A program made the translations under genes and the position numbers. This document shows, piece after piece, positions 50,096-63,610 of a stretch of 64,000 bases of DNA; position 1 is the stretch's first letter; each line of letters begins with the position of its first letter. The notes beneath the pieces are model-generated. The model saw nothing but the letters and a program-made list of their open reading frames with translations. It did no database searches and had not been told where the DNA came from. The stretch is from Pavona decussata (Eukaryota), in the NCBI GenBank assembly GCA_977016875.1, contig CDRNST010000068.1, positions 434,001 to 498,000 of the forward strand. The letters are read 5' to 3'.

Positions 50096-51181
50096 TCCGG
50101 CTCAAATTCAGTCGGCTCTTGGATCAAAGAACATGAGTACTCAAAGAGAGGTCACTGGAATCTCAAGACATCATTTTCAGATGTGTTTGAGCATACAATG
50201 TCCTAATAGCTCGACACATTAATTTTTGGCAAAAAGAAGGATGTAATGTCGTTGATACGTAGGGGAAATACCTTTACGGCGATTACACTATTCGCCAGAA
50301 TAGCCTTGGATGAAGATTTGTAGCTCATTTGGATTTTCGGCTAAGTATTAATAGAAGTACATTATATATATATTAAACAATCACCTTTATCTGGCGCGAA
50401 AATATTAAGGAAACATGAGCTGTTCTACCGTTATGAGCCAGAAGTGAACAATTTTGCGAGAGCGAGGCATAAAAATCAAGTAAAGTTTATACTGCGTCTT
50501 GTGAAAAATTTTGACCACAGACAAGAAACATATTTGAAAGATTATTAGGGGGCGATTGAGAGTGATTTTACTAAGAAGTTAAACAGAGCCAAATGTGCAT
50601 CATTCTTTATTATGTTAATTTTTAAACTGTGAAGTAGGCCGGGTAACGAGAGCTGGCCACTGACAGTAGAAAATCTCCAGACTTTACGAAATTATGTTTT
50701 CGCTCAAGGTAGGAATTTTAAACTTGGCATGACCTTCTTCACTAACTGTAAGATGCTCTTGCCAGCAGTGTCAACTGTTCTCGGTCACTTGACCGACATT
50801 AATAAATTTAAATTACCCGGTGAGAAAAGTCCGCTGACAACGAGAGGGCACTTCAGGTTGCGAGTTTAGTGCTCGTCTGTTTAATTCAATAAACCCCATT
50901 TGAATTTAATTCTCAATCACCTTAAAATCAGGCCTTCATTTTTCTCAATTTTCCTAAAATTACTACTTCTTTACACCCCACCTTCTCACCCCGGGGCCCA
51001 AAATCTGAAATGATTACGCTGGGACTGTACACGTGCAACGGGAACCTGTGCTTGCATTGATGGATGGTGTGAAACCTTAAGAAAGTATTAAGAAGAAAAA
51101 AAAGGTCATTATTAAAAGAGACATTAACTTAGGAGTCGGGCGTATTACCACTTAAAGAATATGGACTGCAGAAAAACAAGT

Positions 51182-51498
51182 TGTGAACCCATAGTGCTAA
51201 TGCATGATTATGATAAAATAGCTACTTAGACGCTGAAACACTATATTGATGCAAAATTTGACACCCTCACTCCATCAGTACTTTGCTATTAAAAGTGTGG
51301 AGAGGTTGAAAAACACAGTCGCTGAACACTCTGCAGCTTAACTGATTTAAGTGGAAATTCATGGAGAGAAAACCGATAACAGAATTATCGGAGACACGGT
51401 CAAGGAGATGCATTGAGTTCATTCGACTTAAGAGTTTATTTTTAAAAGTTAATTCAATTAATATTTAAGACAACTGAATTTGAGCTGAACCCCCTTGA
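51182..51498 (+). repeat. right copy of the ~320-bp direct repeat flanking copy 10
   Basis: Aligns with 48174-48493. Confidence 0.75.
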
Positions 51499-54400
51499 CA
51501 CAGAGCCGATTACACAGAATTATCGGCTTTTAGCCAAAAAGGTTACGTACCGGTGAAAGGCATTGCGTGCGATAAACTCAATGTAATGTAAGATAATTCA
51601 ATTACTGTCAACAACAAGTGTATTTTGAATTTAATTTGTGCAGAGTTTTTGTAGTAAGGTCAGAGTATCCGGCAATATGTACGTGACGCCATTTATAAGT
51701 AACTCAGTGTTGAAAATATCACAAAATGTTAAGGGTAGTACAAAGTATAATGACTAAGTTTTTAAACTTAAAAGTTTTCGTTCTTAGTGCCTTACTTATG
51801 AATTTGTTTCCTTTGCGTTGCTCGACTTTCTTTCGTCTATTGTAGAGGTTGACTCATTGATATTTTCTCCAGTGTTAATAAGTGTAAACGGTGAGAGGCT
51901 GAATATTTTTAATCGTCTCTATCTCTTGTCGCTGTTGTTTTTCACACGGTTGGGTTTAATTGAACAAACCTCGTATAGCTGAAGTATCTGCCCTGAGAAA
52001 GCGAAACTAAATCAGCTCAATTCTCGATGCAGTTTCTCATACGTGAGCGTTGCCCGTGCGCGTCCAGGCGTAAGTGGTAAAATATATGTTAAAAACCCTA
52101 CACGCTGTTCGAAAAGAGTAGGTAAGGTAGTCCCCGATGTGATGGTCTATCTCCCTCTGATTTCATCTGTCTTTCACTTTCATGCGTGGATCGGGTGGGT
52201 GGGTGAGATAAAAAGATGGACTGACAGCAGTTGCCAGTGGCGCCTTTACATGCTAAAGTCCGATCTCACCCCACAAAAGAAATGTAAATCGCCATAAGAC
52301 TATGTGTTATGTGCGGTAAATAAACAAAATACCATTACCATTAATAAAGGCAGACAGTATTAACGACCAAGCCGACAGTCTGAAACAAGTTGATTGGACT
52401 ATTTCTTGTTGGTATGCATTATGTGCTGAGGAGAATCACAAAACAAGAAAAACTAACTGTCATGAATGAAATGGCATCACAGATTAGTACAAAGCTAGCC
52501 ATCTTAATCAAGTCAATGGATGTGCAACTTGAATGAATAAGCGTCGAAACCAATTAAGCTATTACCAGTGGTTTCATCCAAGATAACCGATCCAAAACGT
52601 TAGCTGTGCAGAACTAATGACGTAATTGCGATGTAATCACACGTTGTATAACGCCATCGTCCAGTTTTTTGGTTTGCTAAATTTTTAGTAGCATGATAGG
52701 TTTTGGGTGGAATAATGTTCTATTTTAAGATCAGGTAAAATGAGGTAAAAACCAGTACATTAAAAAAAAAAAAAAAGAAAAAAAGAAAAAGAAAACAAAA
52801 ACAACCACAACAACAAAAGCAGTACTTGTTCTTGTTGAGCAAGGAAAGTATAATCATTGTATAACTTTAATCAGTTTGTTGCAGAGCTTGAGGAGGATTG
52901 GAAGGAGAGAGATGCCACGGTAATTAGAGAAAAAAGGAGCTTGTTACCTTCTTTATTCGTGGTTACTGATTAAGGAAGTTAGCGCGAAATTATTCTACCC
53001 CACAGATTTTTTTCAAACTTTCGCTACGGTCAGCTATAGCTAATAAGTTAATGATGTCAGAAATGAAAAAAAAAAAAAAAAAAAAAATGAAGGTCACCAA
53101 CTTCGTTTCAGAGATGTAGTGCGAGAAAAATACCCTGGTTTTGAAAAGTTGTGCCTTTGTAACTCAAAATGGTCTCCATGGTTTTAAGTTTAAAGTACTG
53201 ATTAAAGATGAATAACAGGAGACAAACTATTTTAGCAAATTTTATCTAAGGGGGTATGTACCGTAAATTATTTCAACTGGTGTCATTCTTTTAATTAAAT
53301 GTAGCCCTTAAAGAAGACATTCGCGATCGTCACACAGCCCGCAAAAAAAGAGTGCAATTCGATGGCGCGTGGACTGAAAAGTAGAAAACAACCAAACTTC
53401 TGCCCCATAGATTTTTGTCATTTTTCCGTAAAACGTAGACAAGCAGTAAAGAAAGTGATCCATTGAAAAAAAAGTGGGGGTCACCGAACTAAGAGAGTTA
53501 TAAACTAGACAAAAGTAGTCGCTGCGGTGACAGAGTCCAAAGTCACGTTTTTGCGTGACAGGTCGGAGAAGTACTGGAAGCTAAACAAGGATACCTATCC
53601 CATGATTCACAGCTCACAATGGTTGCTCGATGCTCGATGGTTCGAGTGTTTTGGCTAAAGTCTAAACATTTAATTTGTTTCTTGTAAGCCTACCTTCAAA
53701 ATTTATACAACTGTTTAGTCGACGTAAAGAAAATGCATATATGACCGCTAGCGTGGCGAAAATGTGAGAAGTAAGCTTATTTACTTACCTAAAATGTTTG
53801 GTTAATATGTGGAGACTGATTGTACACAAGATTGGTAATTAAAAAAATTGCTCTCTTGTAAGGTAAGACTTTTGCTTCCCTGAGGACAGGGAAAGGTTGC
53901 ATGGGAAATTCGAAGACAGACTTGTATATAACTCTTACGACGTTTTCACTCAAACATTTGTTACTAATGTCTGTTCATTTTTATGTTCGAATGCCTCATT
54001 CGTTTAGACGCCGTCTGGTTTTGGCTTACGTTTGAACATCCGGTAAAAGCCTTTAATACCTCTCGCTAGCACACTGAGGGGACCATGACATGTATTATGG
54101 TAAAACAAGTGAGCAAAAAACAAATTCAGATTGATAACCTTTCTTGTTATTCAAGCGGCGGCCATTTTGAATACTTTAGGCGCGGTCGTCTATCCCGGGG
54201 AATGGAACCAAGTTGTAATGTTCGGATTTTTCCGAAGACGTAATGAACCCGAACCAAGAATAACCGAACGATTTTCGAAGGAAAGTCGGTCCCATTCCGA
54301 GGGCCTCGGCGTCCATACGTTTCCACATATTTTTTTTTTTTTTTTTGGCCACTTGTAAAGGGATCTTTATTCTTCTTCTTCGTCTTTTAAGCGAGTTTTC

Positions 54401-55478
54401 GTATCTGGCGTGGCACAATTCTTAGCTTTTCAATCAATACACGTGTATTTGATTTTGATTCAGTTAATGTTGTTACATTAGGTTACATTGTTCAGATGGC
54501 TGGCTGACTCATCCTCAATAAACTATTCACATTGAAGGTCTCGTGTTAGTGAAGTCAGAATACACATGATAAAACATGCTATTATTAACGGACTCAAATA
54601 CAAACCGACATTGCATTGAGAGTGAAATGTAAACGAACAAGACAGTGACAATGGTCATCATAAGCTTCAGTTTCTTCGTATCCAATATAGAGAAAATAAT
54701 AAATTTAAAAACAAGCCGTTGATTATTCATGGGGAATCAATCTGAAAAATTTACATTCTTATGTATAAATATGTCGTCCTTATAAACCTCATATACAATC
54801 AACACCTTAAACGTTGGATTCTACAATAAACACATGTACACAGAAAAATAATACGTTATCACCGCACAAAGTTACAGTATTCCGTACCTGGACCTTGTAA
54901 ACCTCAAAATATAAACGATAATTTATTGTAAAGCTTACGAAACTTCTAATAACAGTGTTCTAGAATTCGTCATACAATTATCACCCAACTGTGAAATGCC
55001 CAAACAATAGTTCGTTGTTTAAAAGGTCCCCCAGGCAATGATTATTTTTTTATTTTTGTATTTTTTTAAGAGCATTCAGCTGCCTAGTGATATTCTACGA
55101 TATTTTCTGAACACAATTTCAAATAAATATTCCTTCCAATCATTTCCATGTACTTGGGCGGCTAATTGAATAACGCGAATGAAGTTGGGGACTGAATTCG
55201 ATTTTACGCTGGTAAATGAATACAAAGGCAGCATTGTAGAAACGGATGAAAGTTTCGCGTATTTCAATGATCCAATATAAAACCAACTTTAAGGGTAGTC
55301 ATGGCGTGCTGTCGACTTCCGCTTTTACTCTTTTTTTCTTTAAGTAACCCACGAGTTGGATTATCTTTCGTTAGTCTAGATGTTGACAAGAGAAGCCAAA
55401 GTCAGCATCGGACCATTTAAAACGCATACATCGTCTCCATTCAAGCTTGCGAAAGTGAGAGGAAGCGTCTCGTTGTTT

Positions 55479-55853
55479 TCAAAGACCACGTCGAGAGCAG
55501 TTTTGACATTCACAAGAACGAATCTGATGAACCACAATGGACTTTTCACACTCAGCGCCAAACCGAACGGTTTTTCTCCTGCGATCCTTTGGAGCACAGC
55601 ATTGACACATTGTCTGAAATTTTGGCACGTTATCGTCGCCTTCGAGGGGAATTGGGATAGCGTGCGACTCGCAAGTACCAACACACATGCCTAACTTCAC
55701 TTTCGTCTGCTTGCATTTGTAGCCATCTCTCACCGAGATCACCTCCCTATGCTTTATATAGCGGCACATGTTGGTGGACGTAATCGACGCCTGGAACAGT
55801 TGACAAGCGAGGATAAACAGCCAAATCGCTGCCACACGATTGCAACTCGGCAT
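55479..55853 (-). CDS. secreted cystine-knot protein, glycoprotein-hormone-alpha-2/bursicon-like (124 aa)
   Basis: Hydrophobic signal peptide (VAAIWLFILACQLFQASITS); 11 mature Cys in the pattern C, C, CVGTC, CQCC, C, CECxxC. A splice acceptor (TTTTCTTAGCAG) lies just before the ATG. Confidence 0.85.
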   Translation of the reverse strand: MPSCNRVAAIWLFILACQLFQASITSTNMCRYIKHREVISVRDGYKCKQTKVKLGMCVGTCESHAIPIPLEGDDNVPKFQTMCQCCAPKDRRRKTVRFGAECEKSIVVHQIRSCECQNCSRRGL

Positions 55854-56594
55854 TATCTGCTAAGAAAACAATGAATATTTCATGTTTTATCCGCCAGTTA
55901 TACACTGTTCTATAGGACAATACGTCTGGTATAACATTTGCACTTGCTTTGTCAGTAAGGCTGTTGAAGACTTCGTGGCAGCTTGTTATTAGTCTTATTA
56001 CCTTGACAATTTCGTCACAGAGACTGCGGTCTAAAAGGAATTGGGCCTGAAACGTCAATATAACGACATGGTGGCGCCACAATTTAGGCAAAATGACACT
56101 GAATGTCATTGGGTGAGCATTCACAAGGGTTTGCCCACTATCTATTAATTAAAATGAATTTCACGAGTCGTAAGATGGCAAATTAAAATTGCATCTCCGA
56201 CCAAGGTATAATGAACTGTTAAAACTAATGGCCCAACAAATATATTGCAAATGTCAAGCTTTGAAGTACCTTTTTATGGGTAGGCTCAAGCGAACAATAC
56301 GTGGCTGACTCTATGCACAGTGAACAAACTGAGACCGCTTTCCTTTGTACTGATAACACATGACAAAGAGCTGTTGGGTGGCTGACGAAGCTAATGGACC
56401 AATAATTACCCATTGTTCATCATGCGTGTGTAACCGTCCTTAACTTATATTCCGCTTTTTTGTTTCACGCTATACACGTCAACAAAATACCAGTATTATA
56501 TAACAAATATAAACAAAGATTACCAAAAACAATGGCTTTTACGCGGGCGACAAAATCCTACACAGAGACAAGCTAGTTCTACACTAGCAGGCTA

Positions 56595-56759
56595 CTCTCT
56601 CCTCCGCAGAGGCTTCTTTGATTGACTAGGAATCTAACAAAGCCTGGGGAGAGGGAAATTAAACGAGTAGAGCCCGAGTTTTTATTTCCCCCGTTTTCCT
56701 TCCTTTCCCCTCCTTTTTTCTACGTTTCTCCACTGATGGAGCCTCTGCGGAGGAGAGAG
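56595..56759. mobile_element. 165-bp MITE with 9-bp TSD
   Basis: 20-bp TIR CTCTCTCCTCCGCAGAGGCT / AGCCTCTGCGGAGGAGAGAG; AGCAGGCTA duplicated at 56586-56594 and 56760-56768. Confidence 0.85.
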
Positions 56760-59700
56760 AGCAGGCTACACCACTATGCCGTCAGTATTCTGGTACAATG
56801 GCAGCAGAAAATTTTACAACACCGTAAACGAAATATGCACTTGATTTTGCGATTTCTATACCAATACTAACTTTGTCAATTTTTTGTACATCAGTGCAGT
56901 ATATTGTTACACATGGTGGTTTTCATATTCTCATCACTGGACGCCTTGCCAACATCCTGATATTGCAATGAGAAATTAGTTTTTGACCTTTACATTGGAT
57001 ATCAAGACGCTGAAAATGTGAACAAGGAGGATGGGGTCAAAGACGTGTGTTCTGTGATAATATATTTAATGATTTCTGGAAAGTAAACAAGAATTTTTGG
57101 CTGTAAATATATTTTATTGGGTGGTCTGCGTCTTTGATCAGGAACTATCAAATGTTTACGACCCCGGGTGAGCAAAATCAATCATACTTGTAAAATAAAC
57201 TGATTATGTGCAATCATGCTGTCTGTGGGGCCTTAAGGTCGAAATGAAGTTTCACGAGCCTTGATGGGCACGTGAATATAAGCAAGTGTATACATTCTCA
57301 TGATCTCGTATTGCAAACGTAAAAAACTAAGCGTAGTCTTTTGCCAGCATCTAAAACAATTTTGCCAAGTCTACTATATATAACTATACAAACATAACGG
57401 CCTCTGATACCCTCTTTCGCCTATATTGATATACAGTCACTTTCCCGTACTGTATCACTCTTGTACAGAATTCACGATAACAGCGGTATTCTATTTCCCT
57501 TGATAAACACTTAAATACTGTGCAAAACATTTTAACAACGATCTGTATTAATGTCCTATGAAGGCCCTTTATGGGATCAATTAAGGGAGAGAAGTAAATT
57601 CCTGTAAAAAAGTGCTGAAGAGGTGCTAAAAATAGTTCAAAGATGACTAAAATAACCTCAGAAAGCGCCTTGATAAAAAGGAATTTTTAAAAAATCACCT
57701 GTCTTTGCGAAGCTGGCCAATATAACAATATGTCTTCCAAGGGTAGTGTCATAATTATTTCCTCCACGAATACTCTAGAGACACAATCAGCAGAAGCACG
57801 GGTAAATGGTTCTGAAAGCTGACAAGAGGTCAGACAAACCTCCTTTTCAGACGTTTTTGGTTCCCTTTTTATCTTTTATCGTGACTGAATCACAAATGTT
57901 TTTGAAATGTGTTGGAGATACGGACCAACAGAACTGTTTAACTTGAAACCCACAATGTGTACTGTGTACAGTTGTGATGCCTTTGGAACGAAGAGAGAGA
58001 TCTTGTTGATAGGCAGTTCTTCCACTGACTCTGCTGAAAGGAAGCCGACTCATTTGTCGTCCTACGGGATTCACCGACTCTTTCTTATGCTAAATATATG
58101 TGGTAAAGGTGTCCATGAAAACTACTCAAGAACCCGCCGTCTCGTGACATCAATTTTTAGCTTCATCTAGCACGTGAACAAACACGCGATTATTTGAGGT
58201 CACCTTGCACACACGGCTATCTTGAACTAGGAATTAGCCGTTTGTAGGTCTTTACACAATAACAACGGAGTAGACCACCAATTTCAAACACAGGCTGCAT
58301 GTGTATCAAACAAGGAGTTTGGAAGAACACTTCTCCCTAGGACTTTGTTTACACTGAGTATTTTACCACTGGCCCTATTAAACTCCCCCATTCTCGAGTC
58401 AAGTTTTTCCCTCGGTTTGAGTGTTCGATTTGGTGGGAATCCACTGTCTCATTAGCTAAGTCTGTTGTTGGTATAACTGCATGGCTACACAAACATAATA
58501 CCGGCGGCTCTAGTAGATTTAATAATCGTCCATACTAAAATATGTAACAGCTCTAAAAGCTTTGTCTAAAAGCTAGTCAGACAATCATTATTACTATAAT
58601 TTGTATGTAGAAGCCACAGTCTATGAACTTCGAAAAGTTCCTGAAAGTGTTTAGAAGGCCGTTCAGTAGTTCAAGACAGAAAGAAAGAAATTACTCTCAT
58701 ACCGAGTGGAGCTGAGATTCCATTTCTAACCTACAGTACTAATGTACTGGATCCAGTAATGAATTGACATCTCAGTTTTTTCCCCAAAAGATTAATGTAT
58801 TTTATTTTAATTAAAAAACAATTTATCGAGAGGAAAAAAAAAAACGAACAATCGTAAGATTAAGTTTGTGTATTATCAAAAAGTGCCCCATTGTTTTTGG
58901 TTAAAATTAGAGACATCTTTTCCCTGTGTGGGCAGATCTCCGATTCTTTCGACAGCTTCACCGGAGCTGGTAGCGAAGTGAAGGTGACATTTTATTGGGG
59001 GGCTGGGCCATTAGCCATTGCCAACAAAATTGCACCTTGGAAGGTGGTCCAGAGACCCGGCCTCAAGGCCAATTCCATTTGCCAAAGCAGTATTCTGAAA
59101 ATGATAAGTTTCTTTTGGTCTTCATCAAATCTTCCCCAAGCACTACACGAAATGCTATCAATACGAAAGATTGAATAATGACTTCTCAGTTATTAAGACC
59201 AGTCACAGCAAGCCTCCCATTGCACCTTAGTACATCTTCCCTCTCTTCATCTTGCCCAAAGTTTACTTCGTAAACTGGTTTTGGAGGAGTAGCACGCACT
59301 GAAATATAGCATTGTTCCTAGAAAATATCATTTACCTTTCCCAAAGGGTGACTCTTTGTTTTTCGATGCCTTGCTCCACGGGATGTCCCGGCAGAATCAG
59401 CGGACGAGATTTGTTCGGTAATTCAACTATTGATAAAAAGCAAGAACGACTTATCTACCACATAAAAGCAAACATCAACAACTCAGGAAAGACGTCAACT
59501 ACACATCAGTAATTTTAAAATTGTTAGTTAAAAATATCTCCCGACGAAACGTTCACTTCTGACAATAGTTGCCCTATTTGGGGTTATTATGACTACAAAC
59601 AGAGGTTATTTACTCCCGAAATGATCGTATTAAAGTTCGGTAAACTCCATAAAAAGTAGTAGTACCTCCATCTCAGGCATTCGGGAATTGAGGTTCTTTT

Positions 59701-61958
59701 CAAACCCTGTTTGGAGTTAAAAATAACCCTGCAAGAGGAGTTGTTTTGAACTAAATTTTCGCACGTAATATAAGCTTAAAAATAACAGGTAGATCAATGA
59801 GTAAGCGAAAAACAAAACAAATCGACGTGCAATTTTCTGGAGACAGTGGAGAAAACTTAAGATCAACTACTCCTTACTTACACGAGTTGACAGTCGGGTT
59901 GTTCACGTAAATTGTGTCGATTGATCTATCCGAATGCTGCACGGATATTGCAGATAGTCTCATCAGTTCTGAATCACACTTGTCGATTGAAGGCAAAGTA
60001 CCTTTTGGTTTTGTATTCTTAAAAACTGTCGATGATGAGAGCCATGACCTCGCCAGTAAACTGGACGTAAAAGCAAATAAACAGCGACCACAGCCCACGT
60101 CCAAGATGCGTTATCGTTGCACAAAGCCTAATAACTTCGAGTTAGTGTTTCCATAGGCCAACAAAAGCTATAAGTGCATCCAATTCTTTTGATTGACTAT
60201 AACATAATGAAACTGCTTGCTAGTGAAAACAACGATGTTAAAATAAGTGGTTCTTACCTTTAATTCTTTTTCAATTGAGTTGCTGTCTTTTAATGCAGCA
60301 GACTTATGCCTCGAGGATTGTGGTTACTGTTTCAGTCCTTTAGTGGGCAGTGGGCTTCTGCCGCATCCGATATGAGTAATGTCAGCGCTATTTACGACTT
60401 CCACTAATAAATCAGCGATTCCAATCAATCACAAATTGCAAAGGATTGATTTCTATAAACTTCTGCGTCGCGAAACTTTGGGTGACATGCAGCTGACCAC
60501 AAGATACTGAACTCCTGGGCAGTTCAAAGCGCAGACAACAATTCAACGGGGCCTTTCTGAGTTATTTTGTTAAGTCAGAGCATGGATGCTAAATTGCCAT
60601 AGGGTTGAACGTAACAATACGACCTCACTGTTGCGGAAAATCATCTCCGTATTATGTACGTTTCAAAACTCGATTCTGTAATTTATGTAAAGTAAATGAG
60701 GTATTCACAGCACGTATTCGTGTGGGAACAGAAGCACATCCCTCAAGAGGCTAAGCCAATTAAGGGAGTATTGTTAACATTCATACGGTGTGCAAGCGCG
60801 GTGTGCGGTCATCATAATAGGCACAAAACACGCAACAAAGCGCATTTGAGTAGCTCAATCGATAAACGCTTTAAAAGTAAAACTACATTTTAAGTCAAAA
60901 TGTAATCAATCGCTTACGCTTTCCACGACCAGGAACCATTATAAACACAACGCAACGCACGCGGAAAAGTGAACTGAGATATAAGACACGAACATTACGT
61001 TAATTATCTGTATTACAGTTAACACGATAGTCCAACAGTTTGACATTTGGCTATGTGATGCACACCCTATACCTCTAAGTGAAGTGTGAACATTCAACTG
61101 AGCGCTTCTGACCGGAACAGAACTATCTTTAGCACTTTGCAAAATGAAATTTCCAATTTTTTTTTAGTCCAGTTTGACCTTGGCCAGAGGCACGGTCGAG
61201 AGCGAGTCCAGTGTTAGATATTTGTGCCTTTCCACCGCGGAATACTGCCCCTCAAGCAGTCGACTGATATGTTACCATATCGTTACTTAAATAAAATAGC
61301 AGATGACAACTCTTAAAACGTTTTCGAGTAAGTCTCGCTAGTGAAAAATCCTTCCAGAATGTTCGACGCTCCTTGATGCAATGGCATAAAATAGCGCCCA
61401 CATCAAGAATTGCTTAAGCTAGGATAAGAATGATGGCCATTTGGCGAAGTATATATTGTAAGGTTGGTTAAGGGACATTTATTTTATGACTTTTACAAAG
61501 TTATGCTCCAGTAGCAAAGTAAACAATTTGTGGGAAACAACACAATACATCCCAACAAATTCAGTTACTGCAAACTCGGAGAACCTCAGAAAGCTAGCCA
61601 ATGGTCTCCGCCCCAGTATACTTAAGCTGTGTAAGTTATTCTCTCGCATCTTAAGATACATGGACATATTCCAGTTTTCACATATTACTCACAACAAACC
61701 ATTAAACATTCCGTACCTTCCATACATACTTATATCAGACAGGTTCAATACCGATTTAATAGAAAAAGGTGTTTTGTCAGCAATTTAACGCCACTCAAGG
61801 GTTACGTTTTCAAGTGCTTTATCTGGTCGATTAACAATATCGTGATTGGCTACTCCAGTCTTGGCAGATTTGGCCACCAGAAGAGCTTGTCTTTCCTTAA
61901 TAGGTCTGCTACTCGTGAATACCTTTTCTCTAGTGGACACGACAACAATAATTTTTTT

Positions 61959-62302
61959 TGAGAATGATGTATTATTCTAGAAAGTGACGCAGGCATACTC
62001 GGAAAAAAGAAATCCGAGTGCTCCTATCAGGAGTCGGACCCAAGACCTTCCAATTACTAGTTCGGATGCTCTACCACTGAGCTACAGGAGACACGTGGGA
62101 GCCTAGTTTAATGGCCTTAGCTCCCACGAGTCTCCTGTAGCTCAGTGGTAGAGAATCCGAACTAGTAATCAGAAGGTCTTAGGTTCGACTCCTGATAGGA
62201 GCACTCGGATTTCTTTTTTCCGAGTATGCCTGCGTCACTTTCTAGAATAATACATCATTCTCATTCATTCACCAGGCTGGAAATATATCATCACATTTCT
62301 TT
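61959..62302. mobile_element. head-to-head palindromic insertion of the tRNA-Thr-derived element
   Basis: Arms 61959-62102 and 62120-62263 (144 bp, ~6 mismatches, 17-nt spacer); CAATAATTTTTTT duplicated at 61946 and 62303. Confidence 0.85.
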
Positions 62303-62998
62303 CAATAATTTTTTTGTCTAGTAAAACCGTGGTGTTGTTTTAATTGACGGTATTTTTGTTAAAACTAAATAAACACGTCATGGTGTTTTGAAGTTTTCAA
62401 GCTAACGGCAATTTTCAGCTGAACGCAGGCTATGTACATCACGTTCACGACGTGATGAAGTCTGTTCCTTTTGAGAATCAAGTCAGTTATTTGTTTCTTT
62501 TTTTTTTCTAGTCAATGCATGTATGCATGTGGAATACGTTTTTCGGAGTTGTACAGCACAATGTTTTCTAACTTAGGCAAGTTTTCAGAGCGGTATTACG
62601 AATAAAGATTCTGAAGGCCCAATGCAATCTTATATAGGCTGATAGCAGCTAGAGCAAAACCACATGCAGCTGTACAAGATTTTCAATTCAGTATTACTTT
62701 ATTTACAGTTATTTACATTTGACGGTGATGGTTATGGTGGTATAGAAGAACAACATTAACATGCAAACAAACCAACTGTTCAGTACTGTACTGATAAATC
62801 AGCATTCTAAGGTACAACCATCGATTTGTTTTCTCTTCTTTGTCCTTAGCGTCCGATCAGAGTTCACTTGTCTTTGGAACTCTGAACAGCCTAGCAGCAA
62901 TAATCACCGGCTGTGTGTCTGCTTCACAACATGTAATTTTGAAAGCAAACAGTTCGGAACCTTGGTTAAAACGACGTCAGATGGAGTCCTGTTAATCG

Positions 62999-63365
62999 AC
63001 AACATATTGACTCTCCAGGTACCCTTTCTTGATCGAGAATATCAAGACTTCAAGAGCGTTTGCAATAGCTTCCTCTGTAACACCCGTTCCACAACATCCA
63101 ATGAAAGCACTCATTTCAGAACGTTGGTTAAAAAGGCGACAGATCAACAAATTACTTCTGTCAATGTACAACATATTGACTCTCCAAGTGCCCTTTCTTG
63201 ACCGAGAATGTATTTTGAAATGGACGTTTGCAATACATATACATAGCTACCTTTGTAACGCCCTTTCCACGACATCCAATAAAAGCACTCATTTGCTTAA
63301 AATGGCGACAGATCTGATCGACTCCTATCAATGTACAACATATTGACTTCCCTGTGTTCCCTCTC
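62999..63365. repeat. diverged ~168-bp tandem repeat (about 2.2 units)
   Basis: ACAACATATTGACT recurs at ~62999, ~63168 and ~63335; TCCACaACATCCAAT.AAAGCACTCATTT and GGCGACAGATC recur in both full units. Confidence 0.75.
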
Positions 63366-63490
63366 TGTCGTTTAAGACTGTCAAGACTTGATGGACGTTT
63401 GAGCAACAGGCTAATATTAAATACAGGCTAAAGTTTGACAAGTTCCAAGAGGCATGTATATCAGACATCTGAAACGGCACTGAAGTCGTT

Positions 63491-63610
63491 TTAGAAGTTG
63501 ATCACACCAAACAGGGTTGGAACCATTCGCAAGCTATTCAGCTGAGCGGTGAGTGATGCTCCATAAGCTTTAACAGATCCCAAGTCATCTTCTACTTTTT
63601 GTAGCAAATT
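63491..63610 (-). CDS. candidate terminal coding exon of an unidentified minus-strand gene extending beyond the window
   Basis: Acceptor TTTCTCTTGACATTTCTCACTTCGCAG, then NLLQKVEDDLGSVKAYGASLTAQLNSLRMVPTLFGVINF-stop (phase 0 assumed). AATAAA on the minus strand at 62698-62703. Confidence 0.35.
   Translation of the reverse strand, partial: NLLQKVEDDLGSVKAYGASLTAQLNSLRMVPTLFGVINF

Noticed and set aside
55560-55580. RKTVRF (RVxF-like) in the cystine-knot protein
   Set aside because: The protein is secreted and the motif lies inside a disulfide-bonded domain, so it is unrelated to the PP1 motif of the array.
58890-59420. Possible minus-strand exons (acceptor near 59299, donor near 59336)
   Set aside because: All frames stop quickly and no recognisable protein motif is present.
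62130-62205. Functional tRNA-Thr(AGT) genes here and at ~46015-46090; tRNA gene at 23295
   Set aside because: Imperfect acceptor and anticodon stems, embedded in repeated elements with TSDs or SINE tails.
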